DNA of 64,000 nucleotides from Lentimicrobiaceae bacterium (GTDB lineage Bacteria; Bacteroidota; Bacteroidia; Bacteroidales; UBA4417): NCBI GenBank assembly GCA_028697555.1, contig JAQVEX010000002.1, positions 11,677 to 75,676 of the forward strand, read 5' to 3'. Shown piece by piece: positions 56,029 to 64,000 of this stretch (position 1 is its first letter; each line of letters starts with the position of its first letter). The notes under the pieces were generated by a model. It saw only the letters and a program-made list of their open reading frames with translations, ran no database searches and was not told where the DNA came from. The position numbers and the translations under genes were made by a program.

Positions 56029-57324
56029 ATGGATCAAGCTATTTCAAAAGTTATAGATTTAATAAATGGTGGTGCAATAGTTTCTACCGATTCGAGAAAA
56101 ATTCAGAAAAATACCAACACAGTTTTTATTGCTCTAAAAGGTGAACATCATAATGGTAATACTTTTGCCAAACAAGCTATAAAAAAGGGTGCGATACTTG
56201 CTGTTATCGATAATCCTAAGTACGAAAATGAAAACACTCTGCTTGTTGATGACACTTTAGATTTTTTGCAAAAACTGTCTCTTGAATACCGCAAACAATT
56301 TGATGTAAAGGTAATTGCTATTACAGGTAGCAACGGTAAAACAACCACCAAAGATCTTATCAGAGATGTTTTAAGTAAGAAATACAAAGTTATTGCAACG
56401 CAAGGCAACTTAAACAATCATATTGGTCTACCGCTTACTTTATTGAATATAAAACCCGAACATGATTTTGCAATTATAGAAATGGGAGCAAGTCATCAGG
56501 GCGAAATAAGAACCCTTTGCGAAATTGCTTTGCCTAATTACGGACTTATTACAAATATTGGAAAAGCTCACTTAGAGGGTTTTGGCGGCTTCGACGGTGT
56601 TGTTAAAACCAAAAGCGAATTGTACGACTATATAAGAGACATTACAGGTAAAGTTTTTGTTCATAAAACCAATTCGCTACTTATGCAGCTAAGTCAGGGT
56701 ATCGAACAAATACTTTATGGAGACCACGATTTGGAGGAAGAATTGAGATATTCGGGTGGCGAACACCATTTTTTACACTTTGAAACTGAAACGCCTAAGG
56801 CTGAGTACGAAATTAAAACCCAATTAGTTGGCGACTATAACTACGAAAACGTATTGGCTGCAATCAGCGTTGGCGAAACTTTTGATGTTGATACAAAAGA
56901 CATTACGGAAGCTATTGCCGAATATCAGCCTTTGGATAAAAGGTCGCAGTGGTACGAAAGCGAAAAAAATAAAATTATAATCGATTACTACAATGCCAAT
57001 CCTTCGAGCATGAGAGTGGCTATTGATAACTTTTTGAAATTGGAAACAGACAAAAAACTCATGATTTTGGGCGATATGCTCGAACTGGGCGATAGCAGTT
57101 CTCTTGAGCATCACGCTATTATCGATGCTATCAGAAATGTGTACAAATGTCGTATAATTTTGGTTGGAAAAGAGTTTTGGCGTGCCAACTCGGGTAGTTT
57201 TATGTGTTTTAAAGATATTGACGAAACTTTAGCATTTTTCTACCAAAATCCTGTAAACGACCATACAATATTAATAAAGGGTTCCAGAGGTATGAAAATG
57301 GAAAACTTGTTATCAGTTTTGTAA
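56029..57324 (+). CDS. murF: UDP-N-acetylmuramoyl-tripeptide--D-alanyl-D-alanine ligase
   Basis: 431-aa Mur ligase with P-loop GSNGKTTTK. Length and motifs are of the MurF type. Confidence 0.88.
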   Translation: MDQAISKVIDLINGGAIVSTDSRKIQKNTNTVFIALKGEHHNGNTFAKQAIKKGAILAVIDNPKYENENTLLVDDTLDFLQKLSLEYRKQFDVKVIAITGSNGKTTTKDLIRDVLSKKYKVIATQGNLNNHIGLPLTLLNIKPEHDFAIIEMGASHQGEIRTLCEIALPNYGLITNIGKAHLEGFGGFDGVVKTKSELYDYIRDITGKVFVHKTNSLLMQLSQGIEQILYGDHDLEEELRYSGGEHHFLHFETETPKAEYEIKTQLVGDYNYENVLAAISVGETFDVDTKDITEAIAEYQPLDKRSQWYESEKNKIIIDYYNANPSSMRVAIDNFLKLETDKKLMILGDMLELGDSSSLEHHAIIDAIRNVYKCRIILVGKEFWRANSGSFMCFKDIDETLAFFYQNPVNDHTILIKGSRGMKMENLLSVL

Positions 57325-57372
57325 ATTATCACAAACATTATATCTAACAATAAATATACGGTTTTAGGTGTT

Positions 57373-58401
57373 ATGTCGGGCACGTCTGTCGACGGATTAG
57401 ACCTTGCCCTAACAGAGTTTTACTACCGCAATTCAAAACTGAAATTTGAAATCATCAAAGCTCAAACCATTGATTACGATGAGTTGTGGCACGATAGATT
57501 AAAAAACTCACATTTACTTTCGGCTCCCGACCTAACTCAACTTCATGTAGATTTTGGCAAACACATAGGAAATTCCATCAATAATTTTTTGCAACAAACA
57601 GCTGTAAAACCGCAGCTTATATGCAGTCATGGACATACTGTATTTCATAATCCTGCTAATAGTTACACCTTGCAAATAGGCGATGGAGCTTCAATAGCAG
57701 CCGTTACACAAATTCCGGTAGTTTGCGACGTGCGCACATCAGATGTTGCATATGGCGGACAAGGTGCACCGCTAGTGCCAATAGGCGATAAGTTGCTATT
57801 TGGAGAATATGGTTTTTGCCTGAATATAGGCGGATTTTCAAACATCTCGTATACCCAAAATGACAAGACTATTGCCTTTGATATTGTTCCTTCAAATATA
57901 GTTCTAAATTATCTCACCAACTTTTTGAATTTACCTTACGATAAAGACGGCAATATTGCCAAAAGCGGAACAGTTGATGATGAATTACTACAAAAACTGA
58001 ATAATTTAAGCTATTACAAAACAGAACCGCCTAAATCGCTTGGTAGAGAATGGGTTGATGGAAATGTACTTCCTATAATTAATTTGTCAGAGATTAGCAT
58101 CACCGACAAAATAGCAACCTACACCGAGCATATTGCTATCCAGATTTCAAAGATTTTGAATAAACAGAACGAGAAGTGTTTGGTTACGGGTGGCGGAGCC
58201 TTTAACAAGCATTTGATAGAAAAAATAATGCAATATTCGGCAACCGAAGTAATTTTACCCGATAAAAATATTGTTAATTATAAAGAAGCACTTATTTTTG
58301 CATTGTTAGGTTTATTGCGATGGCAAGAAAAGCCAAATTGTTTACCTTCGGTAACGGGTGCAACTAAGGCGGCTATTGGCGGAGCAATGTACCTGCCGTA
58401 A
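57373..58401 (+). CDS. anmK: Anhydro-N-acetylmuramic acid kinase; the true start is probably upstream at a non-canonical codon
   Basis: Starts at the ASKHA phosphate-1 motif MSGTSVDGLD. The in-frame upstream codons read ..NKYTVLGV, which matches the conserved AnmK N-terminal strand. Confidence 0.8.
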   Translation: MSGTSVDGLDLALTEFYYRNSKLKFEIIKAQTIDYDELWHDRLKNSHLLSAPDLTQLHVDFGKHIGNSINNFLQQTAVKPQLICSHGHTVFHNPANSYTLQIGDGASIAAVTQIPVVCDVRTSDVAYGGQGAPLVPIGDKLLFGEYGFCLNIGGFSNISYTQNDKTIAFDIVPSNIVLNYLTNFLNLPYDKDGNIAKSGTVDDELLQKLNNLSYYKTEPPKSLGREWVDGNVLPIINLSEISITDKIATYTEHIAIQISKILNKQNEKCLVTGGGAFNKHLIEKIMQYSATEVILPDKNIVNYKEALIFALLGLLRWQEKPNCLPSVTGATKAAIGGAMYLP

Positions 58402-58526
58402 TCAAATTAGTTTGAGTTAAATACAATAAAAACGCAATTAATTAGTTTATATAAACAGCACATCAACAAACAGAACATATAAAAATCAAAAGATAATATT
58501 ACTTTTTAAAAAAATAAGCACAAAAT

Positions 58527-59246
58527 ATGTTATTACAAATTGTTCAGCAACCAGGAATTATAAGCGATACGATTCAGCAAGGTCTATCGTCATTACCACA
58601 AGTAAACGCCCCGACTCATGTTTCACTTTCGTTGTGGGATTTGGCGCTAAAAGGCGGTGTTATAGTATTAATATTGGCACTTCTTTCGTTGTGGGCAATA
58701 TATATCTTTATTGAAAGATACATTGCTATTAACAAAGCCAGTAAGCATGACGAAAATTTTATGAATAATATTCGCGATTTTGTCCACAATTCGCGCTTAG
58801 ATAGTGCTTTGTCGTACTGCAAAAACAACGATACTACAATTTCTCGAATGATTGTAAAAGGCTTATCACGATTGGGTCGTCCGTTGGGAGATATTAGGGC
58901 AGCTATTGAAAACGTTGGCTCTCTTGAAGTAGGTCGTTTAGAAAAAAACGTTTCTATACTTGCTATGATTGCAGGAGGAGCTCCAATGCTTGGATTCCTT
59001 GGCACAGTTACAGGTATGGTTAGAGCTTTCTACGATATGTCTATGGCTGGCAACAATATTGATATACAGTTGCTGTCAACAGGTATTTATCAGGCATTGG
59101 TTACAACCGTTGCCGGACTAATAGTTGGGTTGTTAGCTTACTTTTGTTATAATATTTTGGTTTCCAGAATCCAGAAGGTAGTTAACAACTTAGAAAATCG
59201 TACAACAGAGTTTATGGACTTGCTTCACGAACCGGCAAAAAAATAA
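58527..59246 (+). CDS. exbB: MotA/TolQ/ExbB proton channel protein
   Basis: 239 aa with three TM helices and the conserved C-terminal motif (GAPMLGFLGTVTGM). Confidence 0.85.
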   Translation: MLLQIVQQPGIISDTIQQGLSSLPQVNAPTHVSLSLWDLALKGGVIVLILALLSLWAIYIFIERYIAINKASKHDENFMNNIRDFVHNSRLDSALSYCKNNDTTISRMIVKGLSRLGRPLGDIRAAIENVGSLEVGRLEKNVSILAMIAGGAPMLGFLGTVTGMVRAFYDMSMAGNNIDIQLLSTGIYQALVTTVAGLIVGLLAYFCYNILVSRIQKVVNNLENRTTEFMDLLHEPAKK

Positions 59247-59264
59247 AAAATAAAAACTTACAAA

Positions 59265-59681
59265 ATGGCTATAAAAACAAGAAATAAGGTTTCCGCCGAA
59301 ATGAACATGTCTTCAATGGCAGACTTGGTTTTCCTTTTGCTCATATTTTTTATGCTCAGTTCAACATTGGTTAGTCCTAATGCTATCAAATTGTTGTTAC
59401 CTTCGAGTAGTAGCAAGACAATGGCAAAGCAAACCACAACAGTATATATCAACGACACTTACGATTTCTTTGTAAATGAAACACCAGCCGACCCAAGCGG
59501 AAATATGGTCAATTTGTTAATTGAGTCGCTTGTGGGCGAAACCGAAGGCGTTGTGGTGCTTAGAGCCGACAAAACGGTTCCTGTGCAGTACGTTGTAAAC
59601 GTTATTGATGTCGTCAACCAAATCAATCAGCTGCAAGGTACTAAACATAAAGTAATTTTGGCAACCAAACCAATAGACTAA
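59265..59681 (+). CDS. exbD: ExbD/TolR biopolymer transport protein
   Basis: 138 aa with an N-terminal TM segment carrying the conserved D (MADLVFLLLIFFM). Confidence 0.85.
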   Translation: MAIKTRNKVSAEMNMSSMADLVFLLLIFFMLSSTLVSPNAIKLLLPSSSSKTMAKQTTTVYINDTYDFFVNETPADPSGNMVNLLIESLVGETEGVVVLRADKTVPVQYVVNVIDVVNQINQLQGTKHKVILATKPID

Positions 59682-59693
59682 TACATTGTATTT

Positions 59694-60509
59694 ATGATAA
59701 ATATGGAAAATAACCGCGACAAAAAGAATAAGATAATAGCCTTATCGAGTTCGGTAGGGGTACACGTTCTTATTGTTTTAATTCTGTTATTTTCGGCTTT
59801 TAAAACTCCATTGCCTTTGCCTGGCGAAGAAGGTGTTGAGGTTAATTTAGGAACATCAGACCAAGGTTTTGGTTTGGTTCAGCCTGCACATTTGCAAGCG
59901 CAGTCGGCACAGGAAGCTTACCAACAAAGCTCCGGCAGTGATAATGAATACGTTACCACCGATGAAGAAACTGTTGCCATTGAACAACCTAAGCCTAAGG
60001 ATAAAGATAAGGCACAACCCGAAACACCTAAAAAAGAAGTTACAAAAGCTGTTGAGCCTGAGCCGCAACCTGTTGTTAATCCTAATGCTTTGTACAAAGG
60101 AAAGCAAAGCACTCAAGGCAGTAGCGAAGGTGGCAGTCAGGGTATTGCAGGCGGCGTGGGCGACCAAGGCAGCATATACGGCACTCCCGGAAGTGATAAT
60201 TATGTAGGAACAGGAGGTAGAGGTAGCGGCAGCGGAATTTCGTACGAATTGGGCGGGCGAGGAGCTACATCGCTTCCAAAACCGGTTTACAATTCGAGAG
60301 AACAAGGCAAAATTGTTGTTGCAATAAAAGTCAACAAAAACGGAGTTGTTACACACGCAGCCGCCGGAGCAAGAGGTACAACCATTTCGGAAATTACATT
60401 ACGCAGAAATGCCGAGGAGGCAGCAAAACGAACAAAATTTGCTCCCGACCCTAACGCACCCGAAGAACAAAGAGGTACAATTACTTATGTGTTTGTCAAA
60501 ACCAATTAA
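59694..60509 (+). CDS. tonB: TonB-family energy transducer
   Basis: 271 aa with an N-terminal TM anchor, a Pro/Lys/Glu-rich spacer, a Gly-rich region and a C-terminal TonB_C-like domain. Follows exbBD. Confidence 0.7.
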   Translation: MINMENNRDKKNKIIALSSSVGVHVLIVLILLFSAFKTPLPLPGEEGVEVNLGTSDQGFGLVQPAHLQAQSAQEAYQQSSGSDNEYVTTDEETVAIEQPKPKDKDKAQPETPKKEVTKAVEPEPQPVVNPNALYKGKQSTQGSSEGGSQGIAGGVGDQGSIYGTPGSDNYVGTGGRGSGSGISYELGGRGATSLPKPVYNSREQGKIVVAIKVNKNGVVTHAAAGARGTTISEITLRRNAEEAAKRTKFAPDPNAPEEQRGTITYVFVKTN

Positions 60510-60518
60510 AAATATGCT

Positions 60519-61448
60519 ATGCGAAGTCTGTTAATCATAGTTTTATCGGCTTTTGTCATTAGTTCTTGTGCCAAATTAAATCCCGATTACCCGTTTGTAC
60601 CTAACGGTTATTTTTCCTATACTTCCGAACAAATTGCTTTACGACCTGTTTCGTCTGTTATTTACGAAAACAACCATTCGATATATTTTGCATCAACCAA
60701 TGGCAGCGTTATATATTACGATGGCATTGTATGGAAAAATATAGCCGATGAGTCGGACAGGAGCGTTAATGAAATACTTAAAACACGCGATAATATTCTG
60801 TGGAAAGCCACAAATAAAGAATTAAGCTATTATCAAAACAACTTTTGGACTAACGTCTTACAAAATGCCGATGTTATTGATATTGAAGCAGAAGGCATTT
60901 CAAACTTATGGATTCTTACTTCCGATACGGTTAATCAGTTGTTGCATTACAATAATCAACGTATTGACACAATAAAACAAGCCAATAATTTAAAGCGTAT
61001 TGCAGGAATAGCAACAGACAGCGACCATAAATTGTGGATAGCTTCGGCTAACAATGGATTGTTTTATACGATAGATGGCAACGAAATTATTAAATTTCAA
61101 AATCCGTACTTGCCACGAATAGAATTTACTTCTATTGCAACCGACGAAAATACAGTTTGGCTTGGCGACAACGAAGGCGTTATTTACAAAGTATGCAACA
61201 ACGAAGTATACATTATACGCACAGGTTTAAACCAGCCGATTACTAAACTATATGCAACCGATGATAACAGCTTGTGGGCAATTGTTTCGCAAACAGGTTT
61301 AATCAGATATAAAGGTTCGGAAATACAACTTCTGAGCAAACAAGATTACAATTTCCCTTCAAATAATATTATTACCATTTCGCAAACCGATGCTTCTTCG
61401 CTATTAATAACCTTTGATAACGGCGAAATTTTCAACTTAGCATTTTGA
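60519..61448 (+). CDS. Lipoprotein with beta-propeller (two-component-regulator-propeller-like) repeats
   Basis: 309 aa with a lipobox (VISSC). Recurrent motifs: LWIASANNGLFY, VWLGDNEGVIY, LWAIVSQTGLIRY. Confidence 0.5.
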   Translation: MRSLLIIVLSAFVISSCAKLNPDYPFVPNGYFSYTSEQIALRPVSSVIYENNHSIYFASTNGSVIYYDGIVWKNIADESDRSVNEILKTRDNILWKATNKELSYYQNNFWTNVLQNADVIDIEAEGISNLWILTSDTVNQLLHYNNQRIDTIKQANNLKRIAGIATDSDHKLWIASANNGLFYTIDGNEIIKFQNPYLPRIEFTSIATDENTVWLGDNEGVIYKVCNNEVYIIRTGLNQPITKLYATDDNSLWAIVSQTGLIRYKGSEIQLLSKQDYNFPSNNIITISQTDASSLLITFDNGEIFNLAF

Positions 61449-61469
61449 TATAAAAACTTTTTGTAAAAG

Positions 61470-61617
61470 AAGTTGCGTGGTGTCCCGAAGTTTCGGGATG
61501 GTGCGTGTTGCGGGGTCTATGTGCAATTAACAATGAACAATTAACAATGAGCAATTATTAATTGATAATTGATAATTGATAATTGCTCCACACCCACCAC
61601 CCATCACCAACCACTAT
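61470..61617. repeat. Heptamer/palindrome mosaic element E6
   Basis: AAGTTGCGTGGTG, then the palindrome TCCCGAAGTTTCGGGA at 61483-61498. This is followed by 17 consecutive in-phase 7-mers at 61499-61617 that drift from G-rich to AT-rich to C-rich. Confidence 0.92.
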
Positions 61618-61805
61618 AAAATATTTATCGCCCAACAATAATTTATTACGAAATAATTAATAATAAAATATTGTGTTTTATATTTAAGAATGTTGTATTT
61701 TCGCAATGATAGAATTAAACTTATTATCAAAAACTCAATTAGTTTAAAATCAGCGTTTTGAACTTAATAAACAAACAATTTTATTAATCTAAAAAGATAA
61801 GCCTT

Positions 61806-63179
61806 ATGAAAAGCACTAACATTTTAAAAACAAAAATTTCGAGATTAACCAATGTAATGTTACTCTTAGTATGCTCCCTATACGGTTTGAGCGTTGCTGC
61901 ACAAAACAATTTTGAATTTAAAAAACCAACAAAGAAAAGTGCAAATACTGAATTGAAAAAATTTGTTGAGAAAAAATCCCACGCGGCAAATAAAATCAAT
62001 TCATATACCAATTGGTGGGAACCGGATACAATATATACTTACGAAGATCCAAACATGATGCACAGAGAACTTCGTAGTTACAATCAAAATGCTTATATGC
62101 TGACGGAAGTGTACCAAGAATGGCGAAACAATGAATGGACAGACCTTAACAAAAACATTAATACTTACGATGCGAATAATAACTTGATAACAGAATTATG
62201 GCAAGATTGGATGAATAATAATTGGGTAAATACTGAAAAATATACATTTACCTACGATGCCAACAACAACATGCTGACAAGATTATGTCAAGGATGGAAT
62301 ATTGATGCTTGGGTTGACTTTGCTAAAACTACTTATACTTACGATGCCAACAATAATATGCTAACTGAATTGATTCAATTTTGGGAAGGTGCTTGGGTAA
62401 ATTATGAAAAAATTACTAATACTTACGACGCAAACAATAATGTACTATCGATATTGTTTCAATTATGGGAAAATAATACTTGGATAAATGATTATATTAT
62501 TACCGCTACTTACGATGCCAACAATAACTTGATAACGGCAATAAGTCAAGAATGGGGATACAATGCTTGGGAGAATGTTGAAAAAATTGATGCTACTTAC
62601 GATGTAAATAACAATATGCTAACGTTATTGTACCAAGAATGGGCATATAATGCTTGGGTAAATTATGAGAAACACATTTACACTTACGATGCAAACAATA
62701 ACAGGACGAGGGAATTAGTTCAAGCGTGGGAAGGTGCTTGGGTAAATGATTTTAATTACACTTATACTTACGACGAAAATAATAATTGTACATTAGCTGA
62801 AAGTAGTTACTGGATGGGTGATAATTGGCAACAAACTAATGGAGACCTGAGTTTGTTTTATAATAATATGAAAAGTGAGATATATTTCTTCTGTTACAAG
62901 ATTACAGCCACTTATAAGCATTTTCTACTACTTGAAAATGAGCGTAAAGAACTGTCAAATATTTCAATTTATCCTAACCCAGCCAATAATAGTTTTGTTG
63001 TGGACGTAGAAGGTGAAACTACTGTGAAGCTGCACAATATGCTTGGAAAAGAAGTTTTATCTCAGAATGCGAACGGTAAAACTGTGATAAATATAGGTCA
63101 TTTGCCAAATGGAGTTTATAATGTTCAAGTATTTTCAGGTGATAAAATTATAGGGTATAGTAAGGTTGTGAAACAATAA
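61806..63179 (+). CDS. T9SS cargo protein with about nine 29-aa YD-like repeats (TYDANNNxLTxLxQxW..NAWVN) and a type-A CTD
   Basis: 457 aa with a signal peptide. The repeats can be read directly. C-terminus ISIYPNPANNSFVV...GVYNVQVF...VVKQ. Confidence 0.7.
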   Translation: MKSTNILKTKISRLTNVMLLLVCSLYGLSVAAQNNFEFKKPTKKSANTELKKFVEKKSHAANKINSYTNWWEPDTIYTYEDPNMMHRELRSYNQNAYMLTEVYQEWRNNEWTDLNKNINTYDANNNLITELWQDWMNNNWVNTEKYTFTYDANNNMLTRLCQGWNIDAWVDFAKTTYTYDANNNMLTELIQFWEGAWVNYEKITNTYDANNNVLSILFQLWENNTWINDYIITATYDANNNLITAISQEWGYNAWENVEKIDATYDVNNNMLTLLYQEWAYNAWVNYEKHIYTYDANNNRTRELVQAWEGAWVNDFNYTYTYDENNNCTLAESSYWMGDNWQQTNGDLSLFYNNMKSEIYFFCYKITATYKHFLLLENERKELSNISIYPNPANNSFVVDVEGETTVKLHNMLGKEVLSQNANGKTVINIGHLPNGVYNVQVFSGDKIIGYSKVVKQ

Positions 63180-63244
63180 TACTGTAGCACAATTCCGTTA
63201 GTTGAAAAGCAAGCTGTCCAAATAAATCAATAAAAAACAAACCT

Positions 63245-64000
63245 ATGAAGAATACAAAAACTTTGAAAACAAAAATCACGAGAATAGCTAGTGTCGTGTT
63301 ATTCTTAGTTTGTTCGTTGTACGGTTTGAATACTGCTGCACAAAGTAATTTTGAATTTAAAAAGCCAGTTATACCAAACGCAAATACTGAACAGCCAAAA
63401 TTTTTCGAGAAAAACTCCCCTGCAGTAAACAAACACAAATCCAATATTGATTGGTGGGAACCGGATACAATGTACGTGTACAGACGTACAAACCAATTTG
63501 GAATACCATTATCGTTGGCTAGAGTATCTCGTAGTTATAACCAATATGGCTACCTGTTGATGGAATTGTGTCAATCATTACATAATAATGAGTGGGTAAA
63601 TGATAGCAAACACACCTACACATACGATGCGAACAATAACTTGCTAACGTATTTGTATCAATACTGGAGCTATGAGACCAGTGCATGGTTATATTATTTT
63701 AAAACCAATTATACCTACGATGCGAACAATAACATGCTAACTAAATTGCATCAATTTTGGTTAAATAATGATTGGGTAAATAATTCAAAATATACTTATA
63801 CTTACTATGCAGACAATAACATGCAAACGGAATTGTATCAAGGTTGGGAAAGTAATGCTTGGGAAAACGATAGTAAATATACTTTTACTTACGATGAAAA
63901 CAATAACAATTTAATGAAATTAACTCAAGTATGGCAGAGTGGTGCTTGGGCAAATTATAAAAAAGATACTTGCACTTACGATGCGAACAATAATTTGTTA
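63245..64000 (+). CDS. Tandem paralog of the 29-aa-repeat T9SS cargo protein; 5' partial, runs off the right edge
   Basis: Not in the ORF track because it is open-ended. The ATG at 63245 gives MKNTKTLKTKITRIASVVLFLVCSLYGLNTAAQSNFEFKKP..., which is collinear with the N-terminus of 61806..63179 and has the same TYDANNN repeats. Confidence 0.7.
   Translation, partial: MKNTKTLKTKITRIASVVLFLVCSLYGLNTAAQSNFEFKKPVIPNANTEQPKFFEKNSPAVNKHKSNIDWWEPDTMYVYRRTNQFGIPLSLARVSRSYNQYGYLLMELCQSLHNNEWVNDSKHTYTYDANNNLLTYLYQYWSYETSAWLYYFKTNYTYDANNNMLTKLHQFWLNNDWVNNSKYTYTYYADNNMQTELYQGWESNAWENDSKYTFTYDENNNNLMKLTQVWQSGAWANYKKDTCTYDANNNLL

Noticed and set aside
62040-62800. 87-bp periodic DNA repeats inside 61806..63179 as a non-coding tandem repeat or mobile element
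   Set aside because: The periodicity is fully explained by the in-frame 29-aa protein repeats. The ORF is open, with a signal peptide and a CTD.

Overview
This is a low-GC (about 35%) chromosomal segment from a Bacteroidota genome, and it is densely packed with housekeeping genes. They include pruA, trkAH, the tsf-rpsB and rpsI-rplM ribosomal genes, and the nadK / PorG-like barrel / uppS / bamA / skp-skp envelope cluster. Also present are a patatin-Omp85 protein, an EF-G paralog, pfkA, a complete sufBCDS-sufE-sufT operon, queA, the scattered MEP-pathway genes ispE, ispD and ispF, sucC, a CPA1 antiporter, tRNA-Lys and tRNA-Val, murF-anmK and exbB-exbD-tonB. A type IX secretion (T9SS) and gliding block carries porV, two tandem porU-family genes, porP/sprF and gldJ, and at least three CTD-tagged cargo genes lie elsewhere in the window. 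No transposase, integrase, CRISPR array or recognisable defence system is visible. The most unusual signal is non-coding. Six intergenic sites carry a mosaic element built from in-phase degenerate 7-bp tandem arrays, with G-rich, AT-rich and C-rich words. Four of the six also carry a GC-rich palindrome, CCCGAAGTTTCGGG, and two share a longer structured core. The elements abut or supply the stop codons of ispD, ispF and porV. I do not recognise this element family. Other notable points are a single-gene T9SS-cargo cassette bracketed by a 51-bp duplication of the sufT 3' end, the tandem divergent PorU paralogs, tandem cargo genes with 29-aa YD-like repeats, an EF-G paralog lacking the catalytic His, and an anmK whose conserved N-terminus precedes any canonical start codon.
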